Notes: generated by a model from the sequence alone, not told the origin. DNA of 64,000 bases from Gammaproteobacteria bacterium (GCA_016195665.1 JACPZD010000024.1:23997-87996), one strand, 5' to 3'. Positions 20,960 to 30,787 are shown, counted from the stretch's first letter. Made by a program: numbers and translations.

Positions 20960-21355
20960 TCAATGGGCCTCTGCGGCAATAAAGGCAGCATACGCCGCCG
21001 CGTCCAGCAACTGATTCAATTCTGCGGGATCAGCGGGTTTGATGCGAAACATCCAGGCCTGACCATAGGCGTCCTGATTGACAAGCTCGGGTTTATCGCT
21101 GAGTGCGCCGTTGGCCTCGATGATCTCACCGCTGATCGGGCAGTATATATCCGATGCCGCCTTCACCGATTCCACCACCGCGCACGCCTCACCGGCCTTG
21201 GCCTTGCGCCCGGCTCGTGGAAGCTCCACGTAGACCACGTCACCCAGCAAGTCCTGCGCGTGATCGCTGATGCCGACGGTCACCGTGCCGTCCTGGTTTG
21301 ACTGCACCCACTCGTGGGTCTTGGTGTATTTGAGAGTGTTTGGTATGTTGCTCAT
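20960..21355 (-). CDS. gcvH: glycine cleavage system H protein
   Basis: Start at [17 protein letters not shown]; lipoyl-lysine motif ESVKAASD. Confidence 0.9.
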   Translation of the reverse strand: MSNIPNTLKYTKTHEWVQSNQDGTVTVGISDHAQDLLGDVVYVELPRAGRKAKAGEACAVVESVKAASDIYCPISGEIIEANGALSDKPELVNQDAYGQAWMFRIKPADPAELNQLLDAAAYAAFIAAEAH

Positions 21356-21369
21356 TATTTCAACCTCAT

Positions 21370-22527
21370 TTATAGGACAACGACAGCTCGCCCATTTCTC
21401 ACGAACGGCGGCTTCACTACAGTCGCCGGAACCCACTTGCCGCGAATATCCACTTCACAACTCGTACCCGTCGCGGCGGGCACACGCGCCAGCGCAATCG
21501 CTTTACCCAGGGTCGGCGAATAACCGCCGCTGGTAGTTTCGCCTGCGCCGATTCCCGATACCCGCACCTTGAGATGGTTGCGCAGCACGCCCTTGCCGCT
21601 CAACACCAATCCCACCAGTTTGCGTTTCACGCCGGCGTTCTTTTGCCGCTCGAGCGCCGCACGCCCGATAAAATCGCGCGTTGCGGGTTCCCAGGCGACC
21701 GTCCACTCCAGGCCGCACTCCAATGGCGTAATGGTTTCATCCATGTCCGTGCCGTAAAGATTCATGCCCGCCTCCAAGCGCAATGTGTCGCGTGCGCCCA
21801 AACCGGCGGGCTTCACGCCTTTACCAAGCAGCGCGCGCCACATCGCGGCAGCGTCCTTGCCCGGCAGCAATATTTCGAAACCATCCTCACCGGTGTAGCC
21901 GGTGCGGCCGATAAAAATATCGCCGCTGGTCGCTCCCGGCATCCTGCCTCCCGCGACATTAGTAGAACCCTTCGCTACCGCTCTTCCCTGTACGTCATAC
22001 GCGGCATAAAAGGGTTTGAGTTGTGCGGCCTGTTCGCGCAATGTCGGGTCCAGAACCTCACAGACGCGCTCGCGCGCCTTAGGTCCCTGCACGGCGATCA
22101 TGGCGAGATCCGGACGCTCGGTGACCGTGACATCGAATGCCGCCACCTGCTTCTTGATCCAGGCCAAATCCTTTTCGCGCGTTGCCGCGTTGACCACGAT
22201 GCGGAACCAGTTCTCGGTCATGAAGTACACGATGAGATCGTCAATCACACCACCCTGCTCGTTCAGCATGCAGGTGTAGAGCGCCTGCTGCGGCTTGAGT
22301 TTATCCACATTATTGGCGATCAGCCGGTGCAGAAAGGCGCGCACCCCGGCGCCGCGCAGATCCACGATGGTCATGTGCGAGACATCGAACATGCCCGCGT
22401 CGCGCCGCACCTGGTGATGCTCTTCAAGCTGCGAGCCGTAATGGATGGGCATGTCCCAGCCGGCGAAATCCACGATCTTCGCGCCTGCGGCAAGATGCTC
22501 GTTATAGAGTGGCGTGATATGTCCCAT
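21370..22527 (-). CDS. gcvT: aminomethyltransferase (glycine cleavage T protein)
   Basis: Start at [32 protein letters not shown]; ends ...[13 protein letters not shown]... with the GcvT C-terminal barrel. Confidence 0.9.
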   Translation of the reverse strand: MGHITPLYNEHLAAGAKIVDFAGWDMPIHYGSQLEEHHQVRRDAGMFDVSHMTIVDLRGAGVRAFLHRLIANNVDKLKPQQALYTCMLNEQGGVIDDLIVYFMTENWFRIVVNAATREKDLAWIKKQVAAFDVTVTERPDLAMIAVQGPKARERVCEVLDPTLREQAAQLKPFYAAYDVQGRAVAKGSTNVAGGRMPGATSGDIFIGRTGYTGEDGFEILLPGKDAAAMWRALLGKGVKPAGLGARDTLRLEAGMNLYGTDMDETITPLECGLEWTVAWEPATRDFIGRAALERQKNAGVKRKLVGLVLSGKGVLRNHLKVRVSGIGAGETTSGGYSPTLGKAIALARVPAATGTSCEVDIRGKWVPATVVKPPFVRNGRAVVVL

Positions 22528-22539
22528 GCGTCCTTCCAA

Positions 22540-22586
22540 TAAAAAAGGGCGATGCGTGTACGACTGCTCGCACACCCATCGCCCCT
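22540..22586 (-). terminator. intrinsic terminator-type expression platform of the glycine riboswitch
   Basis: Minus strand reads GGGCGATGGGTGTGCGAGCAGTCGTACACGCATCGCCC followed by TTTTTTATT, between the aptamers and the gcvT start. Confidence 0.5.
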
Positions 22587-22589
22587 CTG

Positions 22590-22765
22590 TCCTGTTACCT
22601 GAGAGTTTTATCCCCTTCGGTGCCCGGCAACACACATCGAGTCGTATCGCCGGATCTCTCCAGAATTTATATTACCCTGCGGTCCTTTTGCCTGAGCGTT
22701 TCCGGGCGGTTGCGCCTTCGGCGCCCCGTCATGTTTTTCTATGACGGGGGCTCTCCCACAGGGTA
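22590..22765 (-). ncRNA. tandem glycine riboswitch (two aptamers) in the gcvT leader
   Basis: Minus strand: aptamer 1 GGGAGAGCCCC...GGCGCCGAAGGCGCAACC...CTCAGGCAAAAGGACCGCAG; aptamer 2 CTGGAGAGATCC...GCACCGAAGGGGATAA...CTCTCAGGTAACAGGACAG; both match the glycine riboswitch consensus. Confidence 0.85.
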
Positions 22766-22818
22766 AACATCAGCGCCTACTATACTATGGAGGGCCAAGC
22801 TCTTGCCAGTGTAAAAAC

Positions 22819-22906
22819 GGTGAGGCGTGAGAGGTGAGAGGCTGGTACAAAGTGAGGAGTAAGGGGTAAGGGGTGAGGAATAAATGCCTTACGCCTTACG
22901 CCTCAC
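22819..22906. repeat. hairpin repeat family C (GTGAGGAGTGAGGCGTGAGG ... CCTCACGCCTCAC), copy 1
   Basis: Overlaps the 3' end of fbpB: the last codons (GTG AGG CGT AAG GCG TAA, VRRKA-stop) are encoded by the repeat arm. Other copies at 41521..41607 and 63347..63415. Confidence 0.65.
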
Positions 22907-24544
22907 TAACAGAATGACCGGCAACAAGCCCACCAGCACCAGGGTCAAGGCCGGCAGTGCGGCGCGCTGCCATTCGCCCTCCGAGGTCAGCTCGAAGATG
23001 CGGATGGCGAGCGTATCCCAATCGAACGGGCGCAACAGCAGGGTGGCGGGAAGTTCCTTCATGACCTCTACGAACACCAGCAGGGCCGCGCTTAAGAGTC
23101 CGGGGCGCAGGATCGGCAGGTACACGCGCCACAACAGCTCCCTATGGCTCGCGCCCAGGCTGCGCGCGGCCTGCTGCAGCGACGGCTTGATGCGTTCCAG
23201 GGCGCTCTCGACCGGGCCGTGGGCGACCGCCAGAAAACGCACCAGGTAGGCAAACAACAGGGCCGCCACACTGCTGCTCAACAGCAACCCGGTGGAAACA
23301 CCAAAGACAGTCTGTACGAACGCATCCACCTGCCGGTCCAGCCGGGTGAAGGCCAACATGATACCCACCGCCAGCACCGCGCCCGGCAAGGCGTACCCCA
23401 GCGTCGCCAGCCGCGTGACTGCCCGCATCAGGCGGCCCGGCCATTGTTTACGCACATAGGCAAGCAGCACGGCTGCCGCCACGGTGAACAGCGCGGCCAG
23501 CAGGCCGAGACTCACCGTGTGGCTGACAAATTCGACATAGCCCGCATCCAGATCCTCAATCCCCGCGCTCACCAGCCAGAAAATGAGCTGTCCGACCGGG
23601 ATGATAAAGGCAAGCGCCAGGACTGACAAAGCGAAGCCGCACGCCGCAGCGGCCCGCAGCCCTGTCAAGCGGTGACGATGACCCTGTACCGGTTTGCCGG
23701 CCGCATAATAGCGTGACTGGCCGCGCCAGTGCCGCTCGGCATACAAGGCCACCGCCACAAACAGCAACAGCAAGGTGGACAACTGAGCGGCCGCACCCAG
23801 ATTGAACAGGCCGAACCACGCCTTGTAGATCGCCGTGGTAAAGGTGTCGTAATTAAAGATCGTGACCGCTCCGAAATCGGCGAGCGTTTCCATCAGCGCC
23901 AGGGCGACACCGGCGGCGATGGCCGGCCGCGCCATCGGCAGGGCGATGCGCACAAACGCCGCGCGGGGGCTCAAGCCCAGGCTGCGGCCGGCCTCCATCA
24001 ACGTGCGTCCCTGACTCAGGAAGGCGCTGCGCGCCAGCATGTACACATAAGGATACAGGGCGAGGGTCATCACCGCGATCACGCCGCCCTCTGAGCGGAT
24101 GCGCGGGAACCAATAGCCGTTCTGGCCGAATACCGCACGCAACGCCGCCTGCACCGGGCCGCTGAAATCCAGCAGGCCCACCGCCACAAAGGCCATCACG
24201 TAGGCGGGGATGCCGAGCGGCAGCATCAACGCCCACTCAAAGACGCGCCGGCCCGGGAACTCATACATCACGGTCAGCCAGGCGAGCCCCACACCCAGCA
24301 CCAACACACCCGCCCCCACACCCAATAGCAACACCAGGGTGTTACGCAGCAATTCACCCAGCACCGTATCCGCGAGATGCCGCCACACCTCGCTGCTCGG
24401 CGTGAGCCAGGCGGGCAGCAGCATCAAGACCGGCATGCTCACCAGCACGGCGATCAACAGGGCGGCGACCCTCCACCACCCGCCGTCCGAGACGCGCCAG
24501 GCCGGGCGCACGGCCTGTGTGTCCACACTACCGGGATAAAACAT
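22889..24544 (-). CDS. fbpB: Fe(3+) ABC transporter permease, fused two-domain type (FbpB/HitB-like)
   Basis: 551 aa with two ABC-permease EAA-loop domains; directly downstream of the periplasmic iron-binding protein gene. Confidence 0.8.
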   Translation of the reverse strand: MFYPGSVDTQAVRPAWRVSDGGWWRVAALLIAVLVSMPVLMLLPAWLTPSSEVWRHLADTVLGELLRNTLVLLLGVGAGVLVLGVGLAWLTVMYEFPGRRVFEWALMLPLGIPAYVMAFVAVGLLDFSGPVQAALRAVFGQNGYWFPRIRSEGGVIAVMTLALYPYVYMLARSAFLSQGRTLMEAGRSLGLSPRAAFVRIALPMARPAIAAGVALALMETLADFGAVTIFNYDTFTTAIYKAWFGLFNLGAAAQLSTLLLLFVAVALYAERHWRGQSRYYAAGKPVQGHRHRLTGLRAAAACGFALSVLALAFIIPVGQLIFWLVSAGIEDLDAGYVEFVSHTVSLGLLAALFTVAAAVLLAYVRKQWPGRLMRAVTRLATLGYALPGAVLAVGIMLAFTRLDRQVDAFVQTVFGVSTGLLLSSSVAALLFAYLVRFLAVAHGPVESALERIKPSLQQAARSLGASHRELLWRVYLPILRPGLLSAALLVFVEVMKELPATLLLRPFDWDTLAIRIFELTSEGEWQRAALPALTLVLVGLLPVILLVRRKA

Positions 24545-24565
24545 GGCGGGGCCGTTGCTTAAACG

Positions 24566-25576
24566 TTACTTATATCCCGCCCTGTCCATCAGCATCACCG
24601 CCTTGGCCTGCAGCTTGCCTGCCTCGGAGACGTTGACCGTGTCGTGCTTGAACTCGCCCCAGGAGGCCGCCAGCGGATCAGGTTTCACCTTCGGGTTGGC
24701 GGGAAACTCCATATTCGAATCGGCAAACAGATTCTGCGCTTTGTCCGACGACAGCCACTCCAAAAGCTTCATAGCGGCCTCAGGGTGCTTGGCGTGACGA
24801 GTGACGCCCGCGCCGGAGATATTCACGTGCACGCCATTTTCGTTCTGATTAGGCCAGAAAATAGCGATCGGTGTCTCGGGGTGTTTTTTCTTGAGACGGC
24901 CGAAATAGTAGCTGTTGACGATGCCCACGTCGCACTGCCCTGCCGCCATCGCATCAAGCAGGTTCTCGTCGTCGGAGAACACATCGGTGGCGAGATTGGG
25001 TATCCAGGATTTGACGATCGCTTCTGTCTTGGGCTCGCCGTAGCGCGAGATCATCATCGCCACCAGCGATTGGTTATAGACCTTTTTGGAGCTGCGCAGG
25101 CACAGGCGTCCCTTCCATTTCGGATTGCCGAGATCTTCATAACTGACCAGGTCGGCAGGTTTCACCTTTTTGGTGTTATACACGATCGTGCGGGCGCGCA
25201 CCGAGAGGCCGTACCACTGGCCGTCCGGATCGCGCAGGTGGGCGGGGATGTTCTCCTCCAGAACCTTGGAGTTGACCTTCGCCAACACACCACGCTCTGC
25301 GGCTTGCCACAGATTGCCGGCGTCCACGGTGATCAGCATATCGGCCGGGGTCTTGTCGCCCTCGGCCTGGAGGCGCTCCAGCAACGGTCCCTCTTTGCCG
25401 GTCACAAACTTGACCTTGACGCCGGTTTCTTTGGTGTAAGCGTCAAACAGCGGCTTGATCAACTGTTCGTTACGGGCCGAATAGACCACTACCGTCCCAG
25501 CGGCCTGGACCGTTGGGACCAGGATGAGACTGCCCAGTAAAAGGGCGCCTAATGCCAGGCGATGCAACTGTTTCAT
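24566..25576 (-). CDS. fbpA: Fe(3+) ABC transporter periplasmic binding protein (FbpA/AfuA family)
   Basis: 336 aa with signal peptide (LILVPTVQAAG); ...YSARNEQLIKPLFDAYTKETGVKV... family signature. Confidence 0.85.
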   Translation of the reverse strand: MKQLHRLALGALLLGSLILVPTVQAAGTVVVYSARNEQLIKPLFDAYTKETGVKVKFVTGKEGPLLERLQAEGDKTPADMLITVDAGNLWQAAERGVLAKVNSKVLEENIPAHLRDPDGQWYGLSVRARTIVYNTKKVKPADLVSYEDLGNPKWKGRLCLRSSKKVYNQSLVAMMISRYGEPKTEAIVKSWIPNLATDVFSDDENLLDAMAAGQCDVGIVNSYYFGRLKKKHPETPIAIFWPNQNENGVHVNISGAGVTRHAKHPEAAMKLLEWLSSDKAQNLFADSNMEFPANPKVKPDPLAASWGEFKHDTVNVSEAGKLQAKAVMLMDRAGYK

Positions 25577-25618
25577 GTCCTCTCTCCGTTATTTCAAGGT
25601 GCGGGATGCACTTAATAC

Positions 25619-25639
25619 TAATGATAATTATTATCATTA
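25619..25639. promoter_or_regulatory. Fur box (TAATGATAATTATTATCATTA)
   Basis: Near-perfect 19/21 palindrome matching GATAATGATAATCATTATC, about 43 nt upstream of the fbpA start codon. Confidence 0.65.
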
Positions 25640-25785
25640 ATAAATTCAACAGTTTTTTATCGGCTGTAAGATTTACCCCGAAGGTCTTTGCTTTTATTAA
25701 GGTGTTGCCCGAGCAGGAGGTGAGAAAACTGGCTGGGCTGAGGCTGGCCGCCTCTCCTGCGCATCCTGCGAGACTCTGCGAGACA

Positions 25786-25995
25786 AGGATGTACTAGTGT
25801 CGCGGGAGGCAGAGGATGCCGGGAGCGACCGCCCACGACATTCGCACTTTCGTCGCTCCCGCTATCCTGCTTCGCTCGAAAGCCCAGGGTTCGCCTTCCT
25901 GGCGAACCCGCTCGACGAGATTCGTCTCGCCCCTATGCAGCCGTCGCTCCTGCGCATCCGTGCGCCCGCGACATTCGCACTTCCCTGTGCAGCAA
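25786..25995. repeat. degenerate copy of repeat family F (shares internal units with the MITE-like elements)
   Basis: CGTCGCTCCTGCGCATCCGTGCGCCCGCGACATTCGCACTTCCCTGTGCAGCA matches the internal units of the element at 55599..55850. GTACTAGTGTCGCGGGAGGCAG..GCCGGGAGCGAC also occurs at 13707..13741. Confidence 0.5.
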
Positions 25996-26002
25996 AACAA
26001 AA

Positions 26003-26032
26003 GCCAGCTTTTGGCTGGCTTTTGTGTGTAAA
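26003..26032. terminator. bidirectional rho-independent terminator AAAAGCCAGC-TTTT-GGCTGGCTTTT
   Basis: Perfect 7-bp stem with 4-nt loop and flanking A/T runs, just downstream of the cytochrome c stop (minus strand). Confidence 0.55.
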
Positions 26033-26048
26033 TGAAGCTGTTTTTTTG

Positions 26049-26384
26049 TTACTTCGCCAGAGACAGAATAAAATCTACCAGCTTGTCGATGTTCTCGTCC
26101 GCGACGCGCGGGGAATAGGCAGGCATCACACCCATCTTCCAGCGGCCGGTGCCGCCCTTGTGCACCCAGGCAACCAGATTCGCCTTGGCGGCCGCATCAC
26201 CCTTGTACTTGGCGCTGACATCGTTCCAGGCTGGACCGACGCGCTTCTGCTCAATAGAATGGCAAGCAAGACAGCCGCTTTCCTTCGCCAGGGCCTTACC
26301 GGCCTCCATATCCAGGGCGGCATTCGCCTGACCGGCCAGCAACAGGGTCGCAGCCGCGCTACCAATCAACCAACTTTTTTTCAT
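26049..26384 (-). CDS. monohaem cytochrome c, class I (c551/c552-like)
   Basis: 111 aa; signal peptide; CLACH haem-binding motif; distal MGVMPAY Met ligand region. Confidence 0.85.
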   Translation of the reverse strand: MKKSWLIGSAAATLLLAGQANAALDMEAGKALAKESGCLACHSIEQKRVGPAWNDVSAKYKGDAAAKANLVAWVHKGGTGRWKMGVMPAYSPRVADENIDKLVDFILSLAK

Positions 26385-26513
26385 TACTTTCTCCTTAAAA
26401 TGCTGTTTAAATTTAAATTAAAATCAGGGTTTGCTCTCAGGCGATGCCGGCAGCAACTGACTGATTCATTATTATCTCACGATCTTGACCCTAAAGATCA
26501 AGTGGCCAATAGA

Positions 26514-26670
26514 TTGTTGAAAAAGGCCATCCATGGCCTTTTTCAACAACGAAAAGCAAAAAGTGTGATTTTTACTTTTCTTCATTTTCCAAGCATAAAA
26601 AACCGTGCTTGAAAATGCCGGGCCCTCCATGGCCCGACTAGCGGCCTGTTTTTCAACAGGCCGCTAGTCG
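26514..26670. repeat. structured repeat family E (about 155 nt, three hairpins including the perfect palindrome TGTTGAAAAAGGCCATCCATGGCCTTTTTCAACA), copy 1
   Basis: Second copy at 36293..36446 in the same orientation, about 80 percent identity, also in a minus-strand intergenic region. Confidence 0.6.
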
Positions 26671-26731
26671 ATTCCGGCACTCGAGATTGCAGATATGCAA
26701 GATCTTTACCATTTCGCACGGGATTCGACCT

Positions 26732-28924
26732 CTAAACCGCTTGCAAGTTCGCGTAGGCCACCATCAGCCACTTACTCCCCCCACGTCCAAAACTGATCTG
26801 CACCCGGGCTTGTTCACCCTGACCCTCATAGTTCAGCACCACCCCTTCGCCGAATTTGGCGTGGCGTACCTGCTGGCCGAGCTGCAGCGAGCCCTCCGGC
26901 GACGGGCTTGAGGCTGACGAACCAGAGGAGGGACGGGGCCGCTCGCGCGGCGTGAGTCCTGCGCCGTACTTCGCGGGGGCGGACCCGCTGAGACGCACCT
27001 CGCTGGTCAGTTCCTCCGGGACCTCGCGCAGAAACCGCGAGGGGCGCGGATAGGTCTCCGAGCCATGCAGGCGGCGGGTCTCGGCGTGGGTGAGATAAAG
27101 ATGGCGCTGGGCGCGGGTCATGCCTACGTAGCACAAACGGCGCTCCTCCTCGAGCCGGCCGGGTTCTTCCGCCGACATCCGGTGGGGAAACAGACCCTCT
27201 TCCATTCCGGTCAGAAACACCAGCGGAAACTCCAGGCCCTTGGCCGAATGCAGGGTCATGAGCTGTACGCAGTCCTCCCAGGACTGACCTTGGCCTTCGC
27301 CGGCCTCGAGCGCGGCATGCGCCAGAAAGGCGGAGAGCGGATCTAAGCCCTGGTCATTATCGGGCGGGAAGTAACGCGCGGCGTTGACCAACTCCTCCAG
27401 ATTTTCGAGCCGCGCCTGGCCCTTTTCGCCCTTTTCCTTGGAGTGATGATCCAATAGTCCGCTGTGCCGCAGGATGTGTTCGGTCTGCTCGGCCAGGCCG
27501 AGGCCAATGGTCTCCTGCGCCAGGTGCTCGATGAGGTTGAGAAAGCCCGCCACGGCATTGGCGGCGCGCGTCGGCAGGGTCGCCTGTCTAATCAGACCAT
27601 GCGCAGTTTGCCACAAGGTTATGCCCCGCGCGCGCGCCTCGGCGCGGATCACCTCCAGGCTGCTGTCGCCGATGCCGCGGGTGGGCAGGTTCACCACCCG
27701 CTCGAAGGAGGCGTCGTCTGCGCGGTTGGCGATGAGCCGCAGGTAGGCGAGCGCATCCTTGATCTCGGCGCGCTCGAAAAAACGCAAGCCGCCGTAGACG
27801 CGGTAGGGCATAGCGGCCTGGAGCAGGGCCTCTTCCAGCACCCGCGACTGGGCGTTGGAGCGGTACAAGATAGCGGCCTCGACGCGCCGCCCGCCCTGCG
27901 CCACCCACTGGCGGATGCGCTCCACCACAAAGCGCGCCTCGTCCAGATCGTTGAAGGCGGAGTAAACCAGTATGGGCGTGCCCTGTTCACCCGCCGTCCA
28001 CAGATTTTTGCCGAGCCGCCCGCTGTTATGGGCGATCAGCGCGTTGGCGGCGTTGAGGATAGTGGCGGTGGAGCGGTAGTTTTGTTCCAGGCGCAGAACG
28101 CGGGTGTCGGGATAGTCCTTGCTGAACTGCTGGATGTTCTCGATGCGCGCGCCACGCCAGCCGTAAATGGATTGATCGTCATCGCCGACCATGAACAGCT
28201 TGTTCTCATGACCCGCCAGCAGGCGCAGCCAGCTATATTGAATGGCATTGGTGTCCTGAAACTCATCCACCAGAACGGCGCGGAAACGCTGCCGGTAATG
28301 CGCCAGCACCTCCGGCTGGGTGCGCCACAAATCATGCGCGCGCAGCAGCAGTTCGGCGAAGTCCACCAGCCCCGAGCGCTCGCACATCTCCTCATAAGCG
28401 CGGTAGATGCGCAGCATCTGGCGCAGGTGCGGATCGCCATTGTCGTCCAGGTGCTGCGGGCGCTGGCCTTCGTCCTTGCGCGCGTTGATGAACCACTGCG
28501 CCTGCCGCGGCGCCCACTGCGCCTCGTCCAGATTCAGGGCCTTGAGCACCCGGCGTACCGCGCGGTATTGGTCTTCGCCGTCCAGGATCTGAAAGGTCTG
28601 CGGGAGACCGGCCTCGCGCCAGTGGGCGCGCAGCAGACGGTGCGCCAGACCGTGGAAGGTGCCGACCCACATCCCGCCGACGGAGACGCCCAGCAACTGT
28701 TCGATGCGCCCGCGCATGCCCGCCGCCGCCTTGTTGGTGAAGGTCACCGCGAGGATGCCGGACGGCGAGGCCTGGCCGGTCTCAATCAGCCAGGCGATGC
28801 GATGCACCAGCACGCGGGTCTTGCCGCTGCCCGCGCCCGCGAGAATCAGCAAGGAGCCGGGCGGTGCGGTGACCGCTTCACGTTGGGCGTCGTTTAAGGG
28901 ATCGAGCAGGCGGGTAACATCCAT
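26732..28924 (-). CDS. uvrD: DNA helicase II
   Basis: 730 aa; GAGSGKT Walker A, DEFQDTN, and C-terminal UvrD-type extension; collinear with E. coli UvrD. Confidence 0.9.
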   Translation of the reverse strand: MDVTRLLDPLNDAQREAVTAPPGSLLILAGAGSGKTRVLVHRIAWLIETGQASPSGILAVTFTNKAAAGMRGRIEQLLGVSVGGMWVGTFHGLAHRLLRAHWREAGLPQTFQILDGEDQYRAVRRVLKALNLDEAQWAPRQAQWFINARKDEGQRPQHLDDNGDPHLRQMLRIYRAYEEMCERSGLVDFAELLLRAHDLWRTQPEVLAHYRQRFRAVLVDEFQDTNAIQYSWLRLLAGHENKLFMVGDDDQSIYGWRGARIENIQQFSKDYPDTRVLRLEQNYRSTATILNAANALIAHNSGRLGKNLWTAGEQGTPILVYSAFNDLDEARFVVERIRQWVAQGGRRVEAAILYRSNAQSRVLEEALLQAAMPYRVYGGLRFFERAEIKDALAYLRLIANRADDASFERVVNLPTRGIGDSSLEVIRAEARARGITLWQTAHGLIRQATLPTRAANAVAGFLNLIEHLAQETIGLGLAEQTEHILRHSGLLDHHSKEKGEKGQARLENLEELVNAARYFPPDNDQGLDPLSAFLAHAALEAGEGQGQSWEDCVQLMTLHSAKGLEFPLVFLTGMEEGLFPHRMSAEEPGRLEEERRLCYVGMTRAQRHLYLTHAETRRLHGSETYPRPSRFLREVPEELTSEVRLSGSAPAKYGAGLTPRERPRPSSGSSASSPSPEGSLQLGQQVRHAKFGEGVVLNYEGQGEQARVQISFGRGGSKWLMVAYANLQAV

Positions 28925-29001
28925 ATAATAATTTTAACACATCGCCAGCGGGCCTCATGAACCCAGCATGTGGGGTAAATTACCGGTAAAATGCGCGCTC
29001 T

Positions 29002-29757
29002 ATGCTCACTCAAACCGAACTCGAGCGGTTTCACCAAGACGGCTATATCATCGTGCGCGCGCTGGCGAGCGCCGCTGAAGTCGCCGGGATGAAGGCGGTC
29101 GCCGAACGGGCGCTGGCGGAAAACACGGCGCCGGTTGAATACGAGGCGGACCTGCACTACCCGGGCGCGCCGCCCTCCCGCGACGCGCCCGGCGGACGCA
29201 CCGCGCGGCGCTTGTTGCAGGCCTATGCGCGAGATGCGGTGTTCAAGTCTTGGGCGACGAAGCCTGCCGTAGTTGAGAAACTGCGGCAACTGTTGGGCGC
29301 ACATATCGTCTTGTCGCAAGCCCATCACAACTGCATCATGAGCAAGCAGCCGCACTACAGCAGCGACACGCTCTGGCATCAGGACATCCGTTACTGGGCC
29401 TTCGAGCGTCCCGAGCTGGTGAGTGCGTGGCTGGCGCTGGGGCCGGAATCTCCGGAAAACGGCGGCCTTTACGTGCTGCCGGGCACTCACATCATGAGCT
29501 TTGCGCCGTCGCGTATGGACGAGGCGCAATTTCTACGCACCGATCTTGCCGGGAATCGGATGCTCATCGCCACCCAGGTCCCGGTGCTGCTTGCCGCGGG
29601 GGATGTGTTGTTTTTTCACTGCCGCACCGTACATGCGGCCGGCCGCAATCAAACCGGACAGACCAAGTTTTCGGTGGTTTTCACCTACCACGCTGCCGAC
29701 AATCACCCCCTGCCCGGCACGCGCTCGGAGGCATCTCCGGAGATCGCCATCGCCTAG
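29002..29757 (+). CDS. phytanoyl-CoA dioxygenase (PhyH) family Fe(II)/2OG oxygenase
   Basis: 251 aa; H.D...H facial triad context (WHQDIRYW ... FFHCRTVHAAG). Confidence 0.75.
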   Translation: MLTQTELERFHQDGYIIVRALASAAEVAGMKAVAERALAENTAPVEYEADLHYPGAPPSRDAPGGRTARRLLQAYARDAVFKSWATKPAVVEKLRQLLGAHIVLSQAHHNCIMSKQPHYSSDTLWHQDIRYWAFERPELVSAWLALGPESPENGGLYVLPGTHIMSFAPSRMDEAQFLRTDLAGNRMLIATQVPVLLAAGDVLFFHCRTVHAAGRNQTGQTKFSVVFTYHAADNHPLPGTRSEASPEIAIA

Positions 29758-29919
29758 TTCAGGCAGTTTGCTTGACTCAAAACGATCCAAACACGGTACA
29801 ATACGCCCCTTTCCTGAGGTAACGCCAGGGATGGCCAAGGTGAGTTGCCCTCATCCCCATCCCTTCTCCCTGGGGGAGAAGGGGGCGAGCCGATGCGCTA
29901 CGCGCGCTTTGTATTATTT

Positions 29920-29995
29920 GGCCAGGTAGCTCAGTTGGTAGAGCAGGGGACTGAAAATCCCCGTGTCGGCGGTTCGATTCCGTCCCTGGCCACCA
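29920..29995 (+). tRNA. tRNA-Phe (anticodon GAA)
   Basis: GGCCAGGTAGCTCAGTTGGTAGAGCAGGGGACTGAAAATCCCCGTGTCGGCGGTTCGATTCCGTCCCTGGCCACCA: 7-bp acceptor stem, anticodon loop CTGAAAA, TPsiC GGTTCGATTCC, encoded CCA. Confidence 0.95.
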
Positions 29996-30071
29996 TATCA
30001 CCACCTGCCGCTTGTCTCCCGCTGCGGTCTCTGGTAAAACTCCTTTCTACACCGCGAAGGAGAGTACCGCC

Positions 30072-30767
30072 ATGCCCACCCTATTAATCACCGGAACGAA
30101 TCGTGGCTTAGGCCTGGAGTTTGTGCGCCAGTATGCGAAGGACAACTGGCAGGTGCATGCCTGCTGCAGGGAGCCGGACAAGGCGCGCGAGCTGAGGCAG
30201 TTGGCATCACAATATAAAAACATCGGCGTGCACGAGCTGGATGTGGCGGATCACAAGCAGATTGAGGCGCTCGGCAAAAAGTTGCGCGACACGCCTATTG
30301 ATATAGTGCTCAACAACGCGGGCGTTTATGCGGGAAATAGTGACGAGAGTTTCGGCACGCTGAATTACCAGGCGTGGAACCATGCGTTTCGCATCAATAC
30401 CATGGCCGCCGCCAGGATGGCCGAGGTGTTTGCGGAGCAGGTGGCGCACAGCGACAAACGCCTGATCGCGGCCCTGTCCAGTCTGATGGGCAGCATGGCG
30501 GATAACGGCAGCGGCGGGAGTTATTTATACCGCTCCAGCAAGGCGGCGCTGAATGCCGTCATGGTGAGTCTGGCGCGCGGCCTCAAGGGGCGCCGCATCG
30601 GCACGCTGGTGTTGCATCCGGGTTGGGTCAAGACCGACATGGGCGGCCCGAACGCCGAGATCACCACCGAGGTCAGCGTGCGCGGGATGCGCAGGGTGAT
30701 GGAGGAGTTTGCGTTAAAAGACTCCGGCCGCTTTATCGCCTACGACGGCAAGGAGTTGCCGTGGTAG
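30072..30767 (+). CDS. SDR-family oxidoreductase (CsgA/C-factor-like short-chain dehydrogenase)
   Basis: MPTLLITGTNRGLGLEF... Rossmann TG...G.G motif and YRSSK active-site motif. Confidence 0.8.
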   Translation: MPTLLITGTNRGLGLEFVRQYAKDNWQVHACCREPDKARELRQLASQYKNIGVHELDVADHKQIEALGKKLRDTPIDIVLNNAGVYAGNSDESFGTLNYQAWNHAFRINTMAAARMAEVFAEQVAHSDKRLIAALSSLMGSMADNGSGGSYLYRSSKAALNAVMVSLARGLKGRRIGTLVLHPGWVKTDMGGPNAEITTEVSVRGMRRVMEEFALKDSGRFIAYDGKELPW

Positions 30768-30787
30768 CGGGGCGACCACAGAGAACA

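Noticed and set aside
25797-26612. 271-aa plus-strand ORF spanning the repeat region and the cytochrome c gene
   Set aside because: It runs through repeat family F fragments and a terminator hairpin, and lies antisense to a well-supported cytochrome c gene. It has no homology features.
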